Assembly: GCA_011620375.1 (NCBI GenBank)
Contig: WOZH01000041.1
Location: 3,506-67,505 of the forward strand
DNA length: 64,000 nt
From: Acholeplasmataceae bacterium
GTDB lineage: Bacteria; Bacillota_I; Bacilli_A; Acholeplasmatales; Acholeplasmataceae
Direction of reading: 5' to 3'
Part shown: positions 49,609 to 61,305 of the stretch, in pieces
How positions within the stretch are numbered: position 1 is the stretch's first letter
Layout: every line of letters begins with the position of its first letter
Made by a program: the position numbers and the translations under genes
Notes under the pieces: model-generated
Told to the model about the DNA's origin: nothing
The model's input: the letters and a program-made list of their open reading frames with translations, nothing else
Database searches by the model: none

Positions 49609-52600
49609 TGGCCAAAGAAAAATTGACGTTGCACGTTGAATCATTGAAATTGTCAGAAGAAGCTTTAAATCATTTAAAACTCTCTGGTATCGAACAACTC
49701 GAAGATTTCAATACATTCAATTTGAAAGAATTGAAGATGTTATTAGGCGAGTCATTTGAAGAAATCAAAGCAGTTTTAAGACGCTATAGTTTACCTAGAG
49801 CACTTGAAAACCTTAATTTAAGTGATGAAACAATTGCTATTCTAAAGGCAGCAAGTATTCATGATTTACCTGATTTCATTGATTTTGATCGTCACACACT
49901 TTATCACTTATTTGAAGGTGATGAACTTTTAAAACAGGAAATTAATGATTTACTCAGTTTCTATGGCTTTGATGCTTTGAAAGAACATGTCCATGATATT
50001 GAACCAGTAATTGAAGCTGAAAGTTTCGTTGAAACTGAAAGCGCACTTGATATGGATTTATCGGAACGGATTCACCGCGAAGTGAAACCCATCCGTAAAG
50101 GTTATGGGTCGAGAACTTTCTCCCACTTTAAAATTCGTTTGGCTTCTCCTGATGAAATTAGACAGTGGAGTTATGGTGAAGTTTTAACACATGAAACGAT
50201 TAACTATAGGACATCTAAACCTGAACCGGGTGGATTGTTTTGTGAACGCATATTTGGTCCAACAAGAGACTATCAATGCGCCTGTGGCAAGAAACAATCC
50301 GGCAACAAAGGTCAGATTTGTCAGAAGTGTGGTATCGAAATCACGGAATCAAAAGTTCGTCGTGAACGCATGGGCCACATTGAACTTGAAGCCCCGGTTG
50401 TCCATACATGGTATTTGAAAAATTCACCATCACGCTTAGCAATCCTTTTAGGTATCAAAGCAAAAGCGTTAGAAGAAGTCGTCTATCATGCATCATATAT
50501 CGTGACTGATCCAGGTCAAGCACCACTTCAAAAGAAACAGATTTTATCTGAACAAGATTTCAGTATGCTTTCAGAAGAATATGGGGGTAAGTTTACCGCT
50601 TTAACCGGTGCAGAAGCTGTTAAGAAATTGCTTCAAGAACTGGATTTGGAAAAAGAGGTTCGCGTTCTTCGTCGCAAGCTTAAAACAGCGTCCAAACAAA
50701 AACGCGATCGCATCATTAAACGTTTGGAAGTTGTTGAATCGTTTAACAATTCTGATAATAAACCGGAATGGATGGTTATGGATGTCATTCCTGTCATTCC
50801 ACCAGATTTGCGACCAATGGTCGCTCTAGATGGTGGTCGTTTCGCAACGACTGACTTAAATGACTTATACCGTCGTATTCTAAACCGTAATAATCGTTTG
50901 AAGAAACAAAAAGAACAAATGGCACCACGCTTGATTACCAAGAATGAAAAACGTATGTTACAAGAATCAGTTGATGCCTTATTCGATAACGCGAAACGCG
51001 GTAAGAAAGCAGCTGTTGAAAGAAACAGACACTTAAAATCATTGTCTGATATGCTTCGCGGTAAACAAGGTCGTTTCAGACAAAACCTCCTTGGTAAACG
51101 TGTAGATTATTCGGGACGTTCAGTCATTATTGTCGGACCAGATTTAGAAATGTATCAATGTGGTATTCCGCGCGAGATGGCCATCATTTTATTTAAACCA
51201 TTCGTATTGAGAGAACTGCAAAAACAACTAGGTCTCGATGCAAATTCTAAAAAGAATGCAAACTCCAAATATGAACGTATGGACGATGATGTATGGGCAG
51301 CTTTAGAAAAGGTCGTCAAAGAGCATCCAGTGCTACTTAACCGTGCCCCGACGCTTCATAGACTTGGTATCCAAGCATTCGAACCAAAATTGATTGATGG
51401 TAAAGCAATTCGCTTGCATCCACTCGTTACACCAGCGTTCAACGCTGACTTCGACGGTGACCAAATGGCGGTTCATGTCCCATTATCAAACGAGGCTCAA
51501 GCAGAAGCAAGATTACTCATGCTCGCTTCTAACAACATCCTTAATCCAAAAGATGGTAAACCGGTTGTCACACCATCACAGGACATGGTTCTTGGTAACT
51601 ATTATTTGACTATTGAAGAAAAAGCTGTTCGTCCTTTCGGTGGTTATCACGCTGAAGAAAAACAAAAAGAACATGCATATAAGCACCGCAATGAAGGTCA
51701 TTTCTTCTGTAACTTCGCAGAAGCTGAAATTGCGTATGAACACAAAGAAATTGGCTTGCATACAAGAATCTTTGTCGATCCGAATTCGATTGATCAAACA
51801 TTCACTGCTGAGCAACGGGATAAATATTTATTAACGACATTTGGTAAAATGATTTTCAATAGAATTTTACCTCCGACATTCCCTTATTTGAATGAACCGA
51901 CAGTAAGCAACTTAGAAAACAAAACGCCGGACAAATATTTCATGCCAAAGGGTACACATCCTAAGAAGTTTTTAGAAAGCGTTGAAGTACCATCACCATT
52001 TAAAAAGAAGTTCTTATCACAAATCATTGCACAAATCTTTAAACAATTGCATATTTCCGAAACTTCAAAGATGTTGGATAGATTAAAGGATTTGGGATTT
52101 AAATATTCGACCGTAGCGGGGATTACCGTATCGTTTGCTGATATCAATGTATATTCTAAAAAACATGAACGCATCGAAAAAGCAAATAATGAAATCGCTA
52201 AAGTTCAGGAATGGTATGATGAAGGTTGGCTAACCGATCAAGAACGTAAAGACTTAGTCATTAAAGAGTGGCAAGTCGCGCGCGACGATATCCAAGTTGG
52301 CTTAATGAACGAATTTGATCCAGACAATAATATTTACATGATGTCTGATTCGGGTGCGCGTGGTAATGCATCGAACTTCTCACAGTTAGCTGGTATGCGC
52401 GGTCTCATGAATAACCCGCGTGGTGATATTATTGAAGTTCCAGTCCAAGCGTCATTTAGAGAAGGACTGACCGTGTCTGAATTCTTTATCTCCACACACG
52501 GTGCGCGTAAAGGTTCTACTGATACAGCATTGAAAACAGCTGAATCAGGCTATTTGACGCGCCGTTTAGTTGATGTCAGTCAAGATGTTATTGTTGTTGA

Positions 52601-53771
52601 AGATGATTGTGGCACTGAACGCGGTGTCGTCATGAAATCCATTTTGGAAGACGATACAAAAGAAATTGTGCCATTATATGACCGCATTATCGGTCGTTAT
52701 GTTGCTAAAGATGTCATCAATCCGAAGACGAAAGAAGTAATCGTACCACGCAATGGTTTGGTCACGGATGAACTCGGGACTGAGATTATTGATGCGGGTA
52801 TTGATGCTGTTGAAATTAGATCCAATCTGACATGTAATTCAGATAACGGTGTTTGTGCTAAATGTTATGGTCGAAACTTAGCGACAAACACACCGGTTGA
52901 AGTCGGTGAAGCAGTTGGTGTTGTTGCCGCACAATCAATTGGTGAACCAGGAACACAGTTGACGATGCGCACATTCCATACTGGTGGGGTTGCTTCAGCA
53001 TCTGATATCACTCAAGGGTTACCGCGTATTCAGGAATTATTTGAAGCGCGTAATCCAAAAGGGAAGGCAGTGCTTTCAGAAATTGATGGCAAAGTTAAAT
53101 CGATTGACCGTCAACGTGGTGGATCTTCGATTATTACGATTGTTGACGCGCATGATAAAGAACATAAATACACCATCGATCCTAATGTCGAATCACTCGT
53201 CCGCAAGAACTCATCTGTTAGTGCAGGACAACGGTTGACACTTGGTTCGATCAATCCTAAAGAACTTTTAAGAATTGTTTCTACAGAAGCTGCAGAAACC
53301 TATATCCTTGAAGAAGTTCAAAAAGTTTATCGTGCCCAAGGTGTTGAGATTTCAGATAAGCATATTGAGCTCATCATCAGACAAATGTTGCGTCGAATCA
53401 CAATTGTTACCGAAGGTGAAACAGATTTATTGCCAGGTACTGAAGTATCGGTATCAGAATTCAAACGGGAAAATAAAAAAGCATTCCTTGCTCACAAAAA
53501 ACCTGCAGTTGGTCGTCCCATTCTGTTAGGTATCACACGTGCATCCTTGCGAAGCGATTCGTTCTTATCGGCAGCATCTTTTCAAGAAACTACAAGAATC
53601 TTGACGGATGCGGCAATCAAAGGTAAAGTGGATGAATTGCACGGTTTAAAAGAAAATGTGATCATCGGCGGATTAATTCCTGCTGGTACGGGCATTCTTA
53701 GAGAATCTTCATTTGAATTTGATCGTTCCAATACTTATACAGAAGAACCTGAAGAACCATATGATTACTAA
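49608..53771 (+). CDS. rpoC: RNA polymerase beta' subunit with a ~170-aa N-terminal extension
   Basis: [35 protein letters not shown]; the canonical beta' start ([11 protein letters not shown]) is at aa ~171. Confidence 0.99.
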   Translation: MAKEKLTLHVESLKLSEEALNHLKLSGIEQLEDFNTFNLKELKMLLGESFEEIKAVLRRYSLPRALENLNLSDETIAILKAASIHDLPDFIDFDRHTLYHLFEGDELLKQEINDLLSFYGFDALKEHVHDIEPVIEAESFVETESALDMDLSERIHREVKPIRKGYGSRTFSHFKIRLASPDEIRQWSYGEVLTHETINYRTSKPEPGGLFCERIFGPTRDYQCACGKKQSGNKGQICQKCGIEITESKVRRERMGHIELEAPVVHTWYLKNSPSRLAILLGIKAKALEEVVYHASYIVTDPGQAPLQKKQILSEQDFSMLSEEYGGKFTALTGAEAVKKLLQELDLEKEVRVLRRKLKTASKQKRDRIIKRLEVVESFNNSDNKPEWMVMDVIPVIPPDLRPMVALDGGRFATTDLNDLYRRILNRNNRLKKQKEQMAPRLITKNEKRMLQESVDALFDNAKRGKKAAVERNRHLKSLSDMLRGKQGRFRQNLLGKRVDYSGRSVIIVGPDLEMYQCGIPREMAIILFKPFVLRELQKQLGLDANSKKNANSKYERMDDDVWAALEKVVKEHPVLLNRAPTLHRLGIQAFEPKLIDGKAIRLHPLVTPAFNADFDGDQMAVHVPLSNEAQAEARLLMLASNNILNPKDGKPVVTPSQDMVLGNYYLTIEEKAVRPFGGYHAEEKQKEHAYKHRNEGHFFCNFAEAEIAYEHKEIGLHTRIFVDPNSIDQTFTAEQRDKYLLTTFGKMIFNRILPPTFPYLNEPTVSNLENKTPDKYFMPKGTHPKKFLESVEVPSPFKKKFLSQIIAQIFKQLHISETSKMLDRLKDLGFKYSTVAGITVSFADINVYSKKHERIEKANNEIAKVQEWYDEGWLTDQERKDLVIKEWQVARDDIQVGLMNEFDPDNNIYMMSDSGARGNASNFSQLAGMRGLMNNPRGDIIEVPVQASFREGLTVSEFFISTHGARKGSTDTALKTAESGYLTRRLVDVSQDVIVVEDDCGTERGVVMKSILEDDTKEIVPLYDRIIGRYVAKDVINPKTKEVIVPRNGLVTDELGTEIIDAGIDAVEIRSNLTCNSDNGVCAKCYGRNLATNTPVEVGEAVGVVAAQSIGEPGTQLTMRTFHTGGVASASDITQGLPRIQELFEARNPKGKAVLSEIDGKVKSIDRQRGGSSIITIVDAHDKEHKYTIDPNVESLVRKNSSVSAGQRLTLGSINPKELLRIVSTEAAETYILEEVQKVYRAQGVEISDKHIELIIRQMLRRITIVTEGETDLLPGTEVSVSEFKRENKKAFLAHKKPAVGRPILLGITRASLRSDSFLSAASFQETTRILTDAAIKGKVDELHGLKENVIIGGLIPAGTGILRESSFEFDRSNTYTEEPEEPYDY

Positions 53772-53780
53772 TGGGGTTGA

Positions 53781-53804
53781 GAGCGCGAATGATTGCGCTC
53801 TTTC
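53781..53804 (+). terminator. rpoBC terminator
   Basis: GAGCGC...GCGCTC-TTTT. Confidence 0.7.
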
Positions 53805-53858
53805 TTCTCTTTTGATGGGAACTTTGCTATAATGAAAACAATTACAGGAGGAAATTTC

Positions 53859-54743
53859 ATGGAAAAAGTACTTGTTGTTGGTGGATCGGTGATTGACGTT
53901 TTCGCTTATCCGAAAGAAAAAATCATCATGGCGGATTCTAACCCAGGATATTTGAAACAATCTTTGGGCGGTGTTGGTAGAAATATCGCAGAGAATCTTG
54001 CAAGACTTGGTATTGATACAACTTTGATTACAACCGTTGGCAGGGATGAGGGTAGAAAACTGGTCATGCAGAACGCACAAGATGTCATGCTTAAACTCTC
54101 TATCATTCAAACAGAGCACACACCGACATATATCTCCATTCTGAATGACGAAAAAGATAATGTAGTCGCGATTGCTGCGATGGATGACATTGAACTCGTC
54201 AACAAGGATGATATTAAAATTAAAGATGCAATTTTTCAAAGTGCGGATATCATCGTTGTTGATACCAATTTGAATCAAGACACGTTATCCTATATTTTTG
54301 AAACATATAAAAAACCATTTTATGTTGATGTCATATCAGCTAGAAAAGCAGATCGAATTAAACCGCATCTAAGGCAGATTACTGCTTTAAAGATGAATCG
54401 TTTGGAAGCACAATATTTATCTGGCATGCACAAAGAGGAAGATCCACAAGTGCTGGGCAGTTATTTTTTGTCAAAAGGTGTGAAAGAAGTGTATATCACA
54501 CTGGGTAAGGAAGGATCGTTTTTTATGGACAAAACACATGCTGAAACATATCCATCCACACCCATTGTTGCTAAAAATACGTCTGGTGCCGGTGATGCGT
54601 TTTTCGCGGGTATTATCTATGCGAAAATCAAGCGTTTAGATCCGTTGCTATATGCGAGAAAAGCTGCCATATTAACGGTACAATCAAATCAAGCGGTTTC
54701 AGATCAAATGTCGGTTTCTGCATTAGAAGAGGTAGAGATATGA
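53859..54743 (+). CDS. psuK: PfkB-family kinase, probable pseudouridine kinase
   Basis: SNPG...[26 protein letters not shown]; coupled (ATGA overlap) to psuG. Confidence 0.82.
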   Translation: MEKVLVVGGSVIDVFAYPKEKIIMADSNPGYLKQSLGGVGRNIAENLARLGIDTTLITTVGRDEGRKLVMQNAQDVMLKLSIIQTEHTPTYISILNDEKDNVVAIAAMDDIELVNKDDIKIKDAIFQSADIIVVDTNLNQDTLSYIFETYKKPFYVDVISARKADRIKPHLRQITALKMNRLEAQYLSGMHKEEDPQVLGSYFLSKGVKEVYITLGKEGSFFMDKTHAETYPSTPIVAKNTSGAGDAFFAGIIYAKIKRLDPLLYARKAAILTVQSNQAVSDQMSVSALEEVEI

Positions 54744-55645
54744 AAATAGACGTTAGAGAAGATATAAAAAAAGCATTGGCATATGGACAAGCGGTTGTCG
54801 CACTAGAATCAACAATCATTTCTCACGGTATGCCTTATCCTACCAATGTTGAGATGGCGAAGCATGTCGAAGACATCATTAAAAATGAGGGGGCTGTTCC
54901 CGCGACAATCGCGATTATTAACGGTGTAATCAAGGTTGGATTGACACCGGATGAATTGACCGATCTCGCGAAAGAAAAAAATGTTTTAAAGGTCAGCAAG
55001 CGAGATTTTGGATATGTTGTGTCAAAGAAGATGACTGGAGCAACCACTGTATCGGCCACGATGTTGATTGCCAATATGGTTGGTATCAAAGTGTTTGCAA
55101 CCGGTGGCATTGGTGGTGTGCATCGTGGCGCACAAGAAACGTTTGATATCTCTAGAGATTTAGAGGAACTTTCAAATGTGGATGTATGCGTGGTCTGTGC
55201 TGGTGCGAAGTCAATCCTTGATTTAGGATTAACGATGGAGTATTTAGAAACCAAAGGTGTTGAAGTCATTGGCTATCAAACCGATGAACTACCTGCTTTC
55301 TATACTAGAAAAAGTGGTCATCAAGTGACGTATCGTTTGGATTCAGCTGAAGAAATTGCTGACTTGTTGAAAACAAAATGGGGCTTGGGTATCAGCGGTG
55401 GGGTTGTCGTTGCTAATCCGATTCCAGAAGCGTATAGTCAAGATCCTCATGAAATCAATCAAGCGATTGATATCGCGATTGAATCAGCCAAAAAACAAGG
55501 TATTACAGGGAAAAAGACGACACCATTTTTATTGGATTTTATTAAGACGCACACCAAAGGTGAGTCGTTAAAAGCCAACCTTGAACTTGTTTATAACAAT
55601 GCGAGGTTAGCCGCCGAAATCGCAATTAAGTATGGTGAAAAATAA
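54740..55645 (+). CDS. psuG: Pseudouridine-5'-phosphate glycosidase
   Basis: [51 protein letters not shown]. Confidence 0.95.
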   Translation: MKIDVREDIKKALAYGQAVVALESTIISHGMPYPTNVEMAKHVEDIIKNEGAVPATIAIINGVIKVGLTPDELTDLAKEKNVLKVSKRDFGYVVSKKMTGATTVSATMLIANMVGIKVFATGGIGGVHRGAQETFDISRDLEELSNVDVCVVCAGAKSILDLGLTMEYLETKGVEVIGYQTDELPAFYTRKSGHQVTYRLDSAEEIADLLKTKWGLGISGGVVVANPIPEAYSQDPHEINQAIDIAIESAKKQGITGKKTTPFLLDFIKTHTKGESLKANLELVYNNARLAAEIAIKYGEK

Positions 55646-55777
55646 TTCAGAACACCATGATGTGTAGTTTATATATCACAATTAATGGTTTTTATTGTTA
55701 GACAATGAAAACGAAAAATATGATAAAAGACCGATAAAGCCAAGAAACAAAGCGATTTATCAATGATGATGAGATAC

Positions 55778-55794
55778 TTACCACATAGTGGTAA
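55778..55794. promoter_or_regulatory. Palindrome upstream of the SPT-like gene (candidate operator)
   Basis: Perfect TTACCAC-ATA-GTGGTAA with no U tract. Confidence 0.4.
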
Positions 55795-55870
55795 AAAGAA
55801 GTGACGTCATTTTCACTAAAATCGTATATAATAGAATAAAATGCATATTTTTGAGTTAGAAAGGAACAAC

Positions 55871-57058
55871 ATGGACTTATTTAAAAAGTGTTATACTTAT
55901 GATTCAGCAAAAAAAGCTAAAGCAGCAGGACACTACCCTTATTTTCACACTTTGACGTCTAAACAGGATGTTGTGGTCAACATGGAAGGTCATCAGGAAA
56001 TCATGATTGGTTCTAATAACTATTTAGGATTAACATCCCATCCAGATGTCATTAAAGCATCTATTGAGGCGACACAAATGTATGGCACCGGTGTGTCGGG
56101 TTCGCGATTTTTAAATGGGACACTCGATTTGCATCAAACACTTGAAAAAGAGTTAGCTGAATTTTTACATAAAGAAGATTGTACGATTTTCTCAACAGGA
56201 TTCCAAACTAATCTAGGCATTATATCTGCGATTGCTGGACGTAATGATCTCATTTTCTCTGATAAGGAGAATCATGCAAGCATCTATGATGGGACAAGAC
56301 TATCTTATGCAGAAGTGATTAGATACAATCATAATGATATGGATGATTTGGAAAGCAAATTGTCAACAGCAGATCCTAATAAGGGAAAACTCATCGTGAC
56401 TGATGGTGTCTTTTCAATGTCAGGTGATATTGCTAAAATCCCTGAAATCAACAGATTGGCAAAAAAATATGAAGCACGCATCATGGTTGATGATGCTCAC
56501 GCTTTTGGAGTTATTGGTGAATATGGCAGAGGTACAGCCGAATATTTCGGTTTGGAAAAAGAAGTGGATATTATTATGGGCACATTTTCGAAATCACTTG
56601 CCAGCATAGGCGGTTATGTGGCTGCTGACCATGATGTCGTTGATTATATTAGACATAATTCTAGACCATATATCTTTTCAGCAGCTATTCCACCAGCAAA
56701 CACAGCTGCTGCGTTAGCAGCGCTTCGTATTTTGAAGAGAGAACCAAATCGCGCCCATGAATTACTGGCGATTGCTGATTATATGCGTCAGGGATTAAAG
56801 AAAAAAGGCATTGAAATTAGAGAATCAAAGGTGCCGATTATTCCGATTTATACGTATACGCCGATACGCACGATGGTCGCGTGTAACCTATTATTTGAAC
56901 GTGGTGTTTATGTCAATCCCGTCTTGCCGCCAGCAACTCCCATTGGGGAATGCTTGATACGAACATCCTATATGGCGACGCATACGAAAGAACTCATGGA
57001 TGAAGCGATTGAGAAAATCGCTGCAGTACTAGAGGAAACAAAGGATTTGATGGATTAA
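55871..57058 (+). CDS. spt: Serine palmitoyltransferase-like alpha-oxoamine synthase
   Basis: YPYF, GSNNYLGL, GSRFLNGTLDLH, HASI, DDAH, GTFSKSL (PLP Lys), RHNSRPYIFSA, VNPVLPPATP. Confidence 0.75.
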   Translation: MDLFKKCYTYDSAKKAKAAGHYPYFHTLTSKQDVVVNMEGHQEIMIGSNNYLGLTSHPDVIKASIEATQMYGTGVSGSRFLNGTLDLHQTLEKELAEFLHKEDCTIFSTGFQTNLGIISAIAGRNDLIFSDKENHASIYDGTRLSYAEVIRYNHNDMDDLESKLSTADPNKGKLIVTDGVFSMSGDIAKIPEINRLAKKYEARIMVDDAHAFGVIGEYGRGTAEYFGLEKEVDIIMGTFSKSLASIGGYVAADHDVVDYIRHNSRPYIFSAAIPPANTAAALAALRILKREPNRAHELLAIADYMRQGLKKKGIEIRESKVPIIPIYTYTPIRTMVACNLLFERGVYVNPVLPPATPIGECLIRTSYMATHTKELMDEAIEKIAAVLEETKDLMD

Positions 57059-57900
57059 TGACTAAAAAAGTAATTGTTATCACGGGTGCTTCATCGGGCA
57101 TTGGTTTAGCAACAGCCGAATGGCTGGCTGCAAAAGGCCATATCGTATATGGTATCGCTAGATCGAAAGTGGTTGCTAAAGGTGTCAATGCGATTCAAGC
57201 GAACGTGACCGATTATGAACAATTAAAATTGGCTTATAAGGAAATCTTTGATATTGAAGGAAAGATTGATGTTTTAATCAACAATGCCGGTATGGGTATT
57301 GCCGGTTCAGTCGAAGCGACATCACTCGAAGATGCTCATTACTTATTTAATGTCAATTTGATGGGCGTGTTTTATTCTGTGAAAGCCGCATTGCCTTATA
57401 TGCACAAAACAGCCCACCCCAAAATTATCAATTTGGGTTCGGTAGCAGGTAGATTCTCGATTCCCTTTCAAGCGTTTTATAGCAGCTCCAAGGCTGCCGT
57501 AGAATCGTTATCGGATGCATTGGATATTGAATTGCGTCCATTTGGTTTTCAAGTGTGTACCGTGTTACCCGGAGATATTAAAACGGGTTTTACACAAAAT
57601 AGACGAAAAAACAAAGATGAAAGTTCAAGATATAAAAGACGTGTTATTCGTTCGCTAAAGGTCATGGAAAATGATGAGCAAAATGGTATTGATGTTGCTT
57701 TTGCTGGGAAAGTGATTGGTAAACTTGTTTTAAGAAGACGCATGCCGTTACATAAAGTGATTGGCTTCAAATATCAAGTCTTTTTATGGTTAAATAAATG
57801 GCTACCATCACGCTTTGTGCACTGGATAATTGATAAGTTGTATGGATTTTCAAATCTTAAAGCACAACGTGGCGATGATAGTTATGCAATAAAACAATAA
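57058..57900 (+). CDS. Classical SDR, candidate 3-ketodihydrosphingosine reductase
   Basis: TGASSGIG, basic residue after beta2 (IARS, NADPH-type), NNAG, YSSSK, PGDIKTGF; TAATG coupling to spt. Confidence 0.8.
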   Translation: MTKKVIVITGASSGIGLATAEWLAAKGHIVYGIARSKVVAKGVNAIQANVTDYEQLKLAYKEIFDIEGKIDVLINNAGMGIAGSVEATSLEDAHYLFNVNLMGVFYSVKAALPYMHKTAHPKIINLGSVAGRFSIPFQAFYSSSKAAVESLSDALDIELRPFGFQVCTVLPGDIKTGFTQNRRKNKDESSRYKRRVIRSLKVMENDEQNGIDVAFAGKVIGKLVLRRRMPLHKVIGFKYQVFLWLNKWLPSRFVHWIIDKLYGFSNLKAQRGDDSYAIKQ

Positions 57901-57978
57901 AAAATATAAATCAGTAAAGATCATGAATGAATGTTGCGCTTCATAAAGACTAATGGAAGAGCATTGTGAAAATAAGAG

Positions 57979-58010
57979 AAATACCAGAGCGTTTGGCTAT
58001 GGTATTTTTT
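57979..58010 (+). terminator. Terminator after spt-SDR
   Basis: AAATACCAGAGC-GTTTG-GCTATGGTATTT followed by a T run. Confidence 0.6.
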
Positions 58011-58043
58011 CTTTGCTTTTTACGTAAAACAGACACAAAAAGA

Positions 58044-58072
58044 TTGACATCATAGTGACTTTATTATATAAT
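58044..58072 (+). promoter_or_regulatory. str operon promoter
   Basis: Consensus TTGACA-N17-TATAAT. Confidence 0.85.
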
Positions 58073-58195
58073 AAAAACGCTGTGTAAAATATACACAATC
58101 TAAATCTTTAAAGTGGCTTAACAAAGCCAATAAAATTTTTTAAAAAGAAAAAAGAAACACATGGATATGTGTGAAGGAAAGGAGAACCGCTAGAT

Positions 58196-58612
58196 ATGCC
58201 TACCATTCAACAGTTAGTCACAAAAGGAAGATCCACGAAAAATTACAAGTCAAAGTCACCAGCTTTAGGCTACGGATATAATTCCAAAGCAAAAGAAATA
58301 TCCGTCTACAATTCCCCACAAAAACGTGGTGTGTGCACACGTGTAACGACCATGACACCTAAGAAACCTAATTCAGCATTGCGTAAATATGCTCGTGTTC
58401 GTTTATCAAATCAAACAGAAGTTACAGCATACATCCCAGGTATTGGACATTCACTGCAAGAACACAGTGTCGTCTTGATCCGTGGTGGACGTGTAAAGGA
58501 CTTACCTGGTGTACGTTATCATATCGTACGTGGTACACTTGATGCTTCAGGTGTTCAAAACCGCGAACAAGCACGTTCAAAGTACGGTACTAAGAGACCG
58601 AAGAAAAAATAA
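58196..58612 (+). CDS. rpsL: 30S ribosomal protein S12
   Basis: [27 protein letters not shown]. Confidence 0.99.
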   Translation: MPTIQQLVTKGRSTKNYKSKSPALGYGYNSKAKEISVYNSPQKRGVCTRVTTMTPKKPNSALRKYARVRLSNQTEVTAYIPGIGHSLQEHSVVLIRGGRVKDLPGVRYHIVRGTLDASGVQNREQARSKYGTKRPKKK

Positions 58613-58650
58613 TTAAATGACAAATCATTCGAAAGGAAGAAGGTGAATCC

Positions 58651-59121
58651 ATGCCTCGAAAAGGACACATCGCAAAACGCGACGTATTACCTGATCCGAT
58701 TTACCAATCAAAGCTTGTAACACGCATTGTAAACACAATCATGTTAGATGGTAAAAAAGGAACAGCTCAAAGCATATTATATGGTGCTTTCAATCGTGTC
58801 AAAGAAGTTACAGGACGCGAACCCATTGATGTATTCAATGAAGCCATGGCTAATATTATGCCAGTATTAGAAGTCCGTTCACGTCGTATCGGTGGCCAGA
58901 ACTATCAAGTTCCGGTTGAAGTGAGAGCTACACGTAAACAGACGTTAGGATTAAGATGGCTTATCAATTATGCAAGACTTCGCCATGAAAAAACTATGGA
59001 AGAAAAACTTGCAAAGGAGATTATTGATGCATCTCAAGGTTTAGGTGCTGCAGTGAAGAAGCGTGAAGACGTACACCGCATGGCTGAAGCGAATAAAGCA
59101 TTCGCTCACTATCGCTGGTAG
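58651..59121 (+). CDS. rpsG: 30S ribosomal protein S7
   Basis: [31 protein letters not shown]. Confidence 0.99.
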   Translation: MPRKGHIAKRDVLPDPIYQSKLVTRIVNTIMLDGKKGTAQSILYGAFNRVKEVTGREPIDVFNEAMANIMPVLEVRSRRIGGQNYQVPVEVRATRKQTLGLRWLINYARLRHEKTMEEKLAKEIIDASQGLGAAVKKREDVHRMAEANKAFAHYRW

Positions 59122-59132
59122 GAGGAGATATT

Positions 59133-61205
59133 ATGCCTCGTCAATTCCCGCTTAATAGAGTTCGTAATATCGGTATCATGGCACATATAGATGCTGGTAA
59201 GACGACAACGACAGAAAGAATCTTATTTCATACCGGTAAAATCCATAAAATCGGAGAGGTACATGAAGGTGCAGCAACGATGGACTGGATGGCGCAGGAA
59301 CAAGAACGTGGGATTACGATTACATCCGCTGCGACGACAGCGTTCTGGAAAAATCATAAAATTAACATTATCGATACACCAGGCCACGTCGATTTCACCG
59401 TTGAGGTGTCACGCTCACTGCGTGTACTAGATGGTGCAGTCACTGTACTCGATGCACAAGCTGGTGTTGAACCGCAAACAGAAACGGTTTGGCGCCAAGC
59501 GACAGATTATAAAGTGCCTCGTATCGTTTACATCAATAAAATGGACAAAACTGGTGCTGATTTTGCTTATGCTATCAAAACCATTCATCAACGGTTAGGT
59601 GTCAAGGCTGTCCCCATTCAATGGCCAATCGGTGCTGAAGCAGATTTCAATGGTATCGTCGACATCATCGAAAGAAAAGCATATCACTATGATGGTGGTG
59701 AAGCTGAAGATGCTGTTGAAATTGACATTCCAAAACAGCTTTTGAATATCGTTGAAGAAAAACGCATGGAACTCATTGAAGCGGTTGCCGATTTTGATGA
59801 AGATATCATGATTGCATTCCTTGAAGGAGAAGAGGTCTCAAATGATCAAATTAGAGCAGCTATTCGTAAAGGAACGCTAGCTGTCAAGTTCTTTCCGGTC
59901 ATATGTGGCTCATCGTTTAAAAACAAGGGTGTCAAGCTGATGTTGGATGCTGTTGTCAATTATTTACCAGCACCAACAGATATCGAAGCTGTTGTTGGTC
60001 ATAACGATGATGGTGAAGAAGTGAAATGCCATCCTAATGATAATGAACCATTCACGGCATTAGCATTTAAAGTGATGACAGACCCTTATGTTGGACGTTT
60101 AACGTTCTTTAGAGTCTATTCTGGGCATATCGATGCTGGTTCATATGTGACCAACACCAACAAGGACCAAAAAGAAAGATTTGGACGCATCTTGCAGATG
60201 CATGCAAACTCTCGTGAAGAAATCAAAGAGATTTATGCGGGAGATATCGCAGCAGTCGTCGGATTGAAAAATACAACAACCGGAGATACGTTGACAGTCG
60301 TCGGTGGCGATATCATCTTGGAATCGATGGTATTCCCTGAACCAGTAATCAATGTCGCCATTGAACCGAAGACGAAACAAGACCAAGATAAGATGAATAT
60401 CGCACTTGTAAAACTTGCAGAAGAAGATCCAACATTCAAGACGTTTACTGATCATGAAACAGGTCAAACAATTATTGCTGGTATGGGTGAATTGCATTTA
60501 GAGATCATTGTTGATAGAATGAAACGTGAATTCAAGGTTGAAGCGAATGTCGCACAACCACAGGTTAGTTATCGGGAAACGATTGATCAATCTGCTGAAA
60601 TTGAATCAAAATTCATTCGTCAATCAGGTGGTCGTGGTCAATATGGTCATGTCGTTATCAACTTTGAACCGAACCCCGGCAAGGGATTTGAATTTGTTGA
60701 TAAGATTGTTGGTGGTGTTATTCCTAGAGAATACATCCCAGCTGTTCAAAAAGGTATCGAAGAAGCATTGCCTAATGGCATCATTGCTGGTTATCCAGTC
60801 ATCGATATCAAAGCGACCCTGAAGTATGGATCATACCATGAAGTCGATTCATCTGAGATGGCATTCAAGATAGCTGCCTCCATGGCATTAAAAGAAACAA
60901 AATCAAAAGCAAACCCAGTGCTCTTAGAACCAATCATGGATGTAGAAGTCGTCACACCCAATGATTATGTTGGCAATGTCATCGGAGATATCACATCGCG
61001 TCGTGGACATCTTGAAAGTCAAGAAACACGCGGCAATGCTGTGTCAATCAGGGCATTTGTACCACTTGCTGAAATGTTTGGATACGCAACGAGTTTACGT
61101 TCAAACACACAAGGTCGTGCCAACTTCGTCATGCAATTTGCACGTTATGATAAGACACCGAAGTCTGTCATGGAAGAAATAATAAAGAAACGCGGTACGA
61201 ATTAA
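59133..61205 (+). CDS. fusA: Elongation factor G
   Basis: [34 protein letters not shown]. Confidence 0.99.
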   Translation: MPRQFPLNRVRNIGIMAHIDAGKTTTTERILFHTGKIHKIGEVHEGAATMDWMAQEQERGITITSAATTAFWKNHKINIIDTPGHVDFTVEVSRSLRVLDGAVTVLDAQAGVEPQTETVWRQATDYKVPRIVYINKMDKTGADFAYAIKTIHQRLGVKAVPIQWPIGAEADFNGIVDIIERKAYHYDGGEAEDAVEIDIPKQLLNIVEEKRMELIEAVADFDEDIMIAFLEGEEVSNDQIRAAIRKGTLAVKFFPVICGSSFKNKGVKLMLDAVVNYLPAPTDIEAVVGHNDDGEEVKCHPNDNEPFTALAFKVMTDPYVGRLTFFRVYSGHIDAGSYVTNTNKDQKERFGRILQMHANSREEIKEIYAGDIAAVVGLKNTTTGDTLTVVGGDIILESMVFPEPVINVAIEPKTKQDQDKMNIALVKLAEEDPTFKTFTDHETGQTIIAGMGELHLEIIVDRMKREFKVEANVAQPQVSYRETIDQSAEIESKFIRQSGGRGQYGHVVINFEPNPGKGFEFVDKIVGGVIPREYIPAVQKGIEEALPNGIIAGYPVIDIKATLKYGSYHEVDSSEMAFKIAASMALKETKSKANPVLLEPIMDVEVVTPNDYVGNVIGDITSRRGHLESQETRGNAVSIRAFVPLAEMFGYATSLRSNTQGRANFVMQFARYDKTPKSVMEEIIKKRGTN

Positions 61206-61305
61206 GCGTACGCGCTTGCAAAAAATCAGTTTATCATATACAATATGTATGTAAAAAAACCTATAAAAATAATCGATATAGCATAAATTAGGAGGAACCA
61301 TTAAA

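Noticed and set aside
11963-53804. Shared GAGCGC/GCGCTC-type stems at 11968, 38918 and 53781 as a REP-like repeat family
   Set aside because: Each is a short stem directly after a stop codon with a different loop; ordinary intrinsic terminators explain them.
55871-57058. Annotation as BioF (8-amino-7-oxononanoate synthase) or Kbl
   Set aside because: Signature GSRFLNGT and N-terminal YPYF fit SPT better; no bio or tdh neighbours.
58196-58612. Streptomycin-resistance substitutions in S12
   Set aside because: TPKKPNS and RVKDLPG retain the wild-type lysines.
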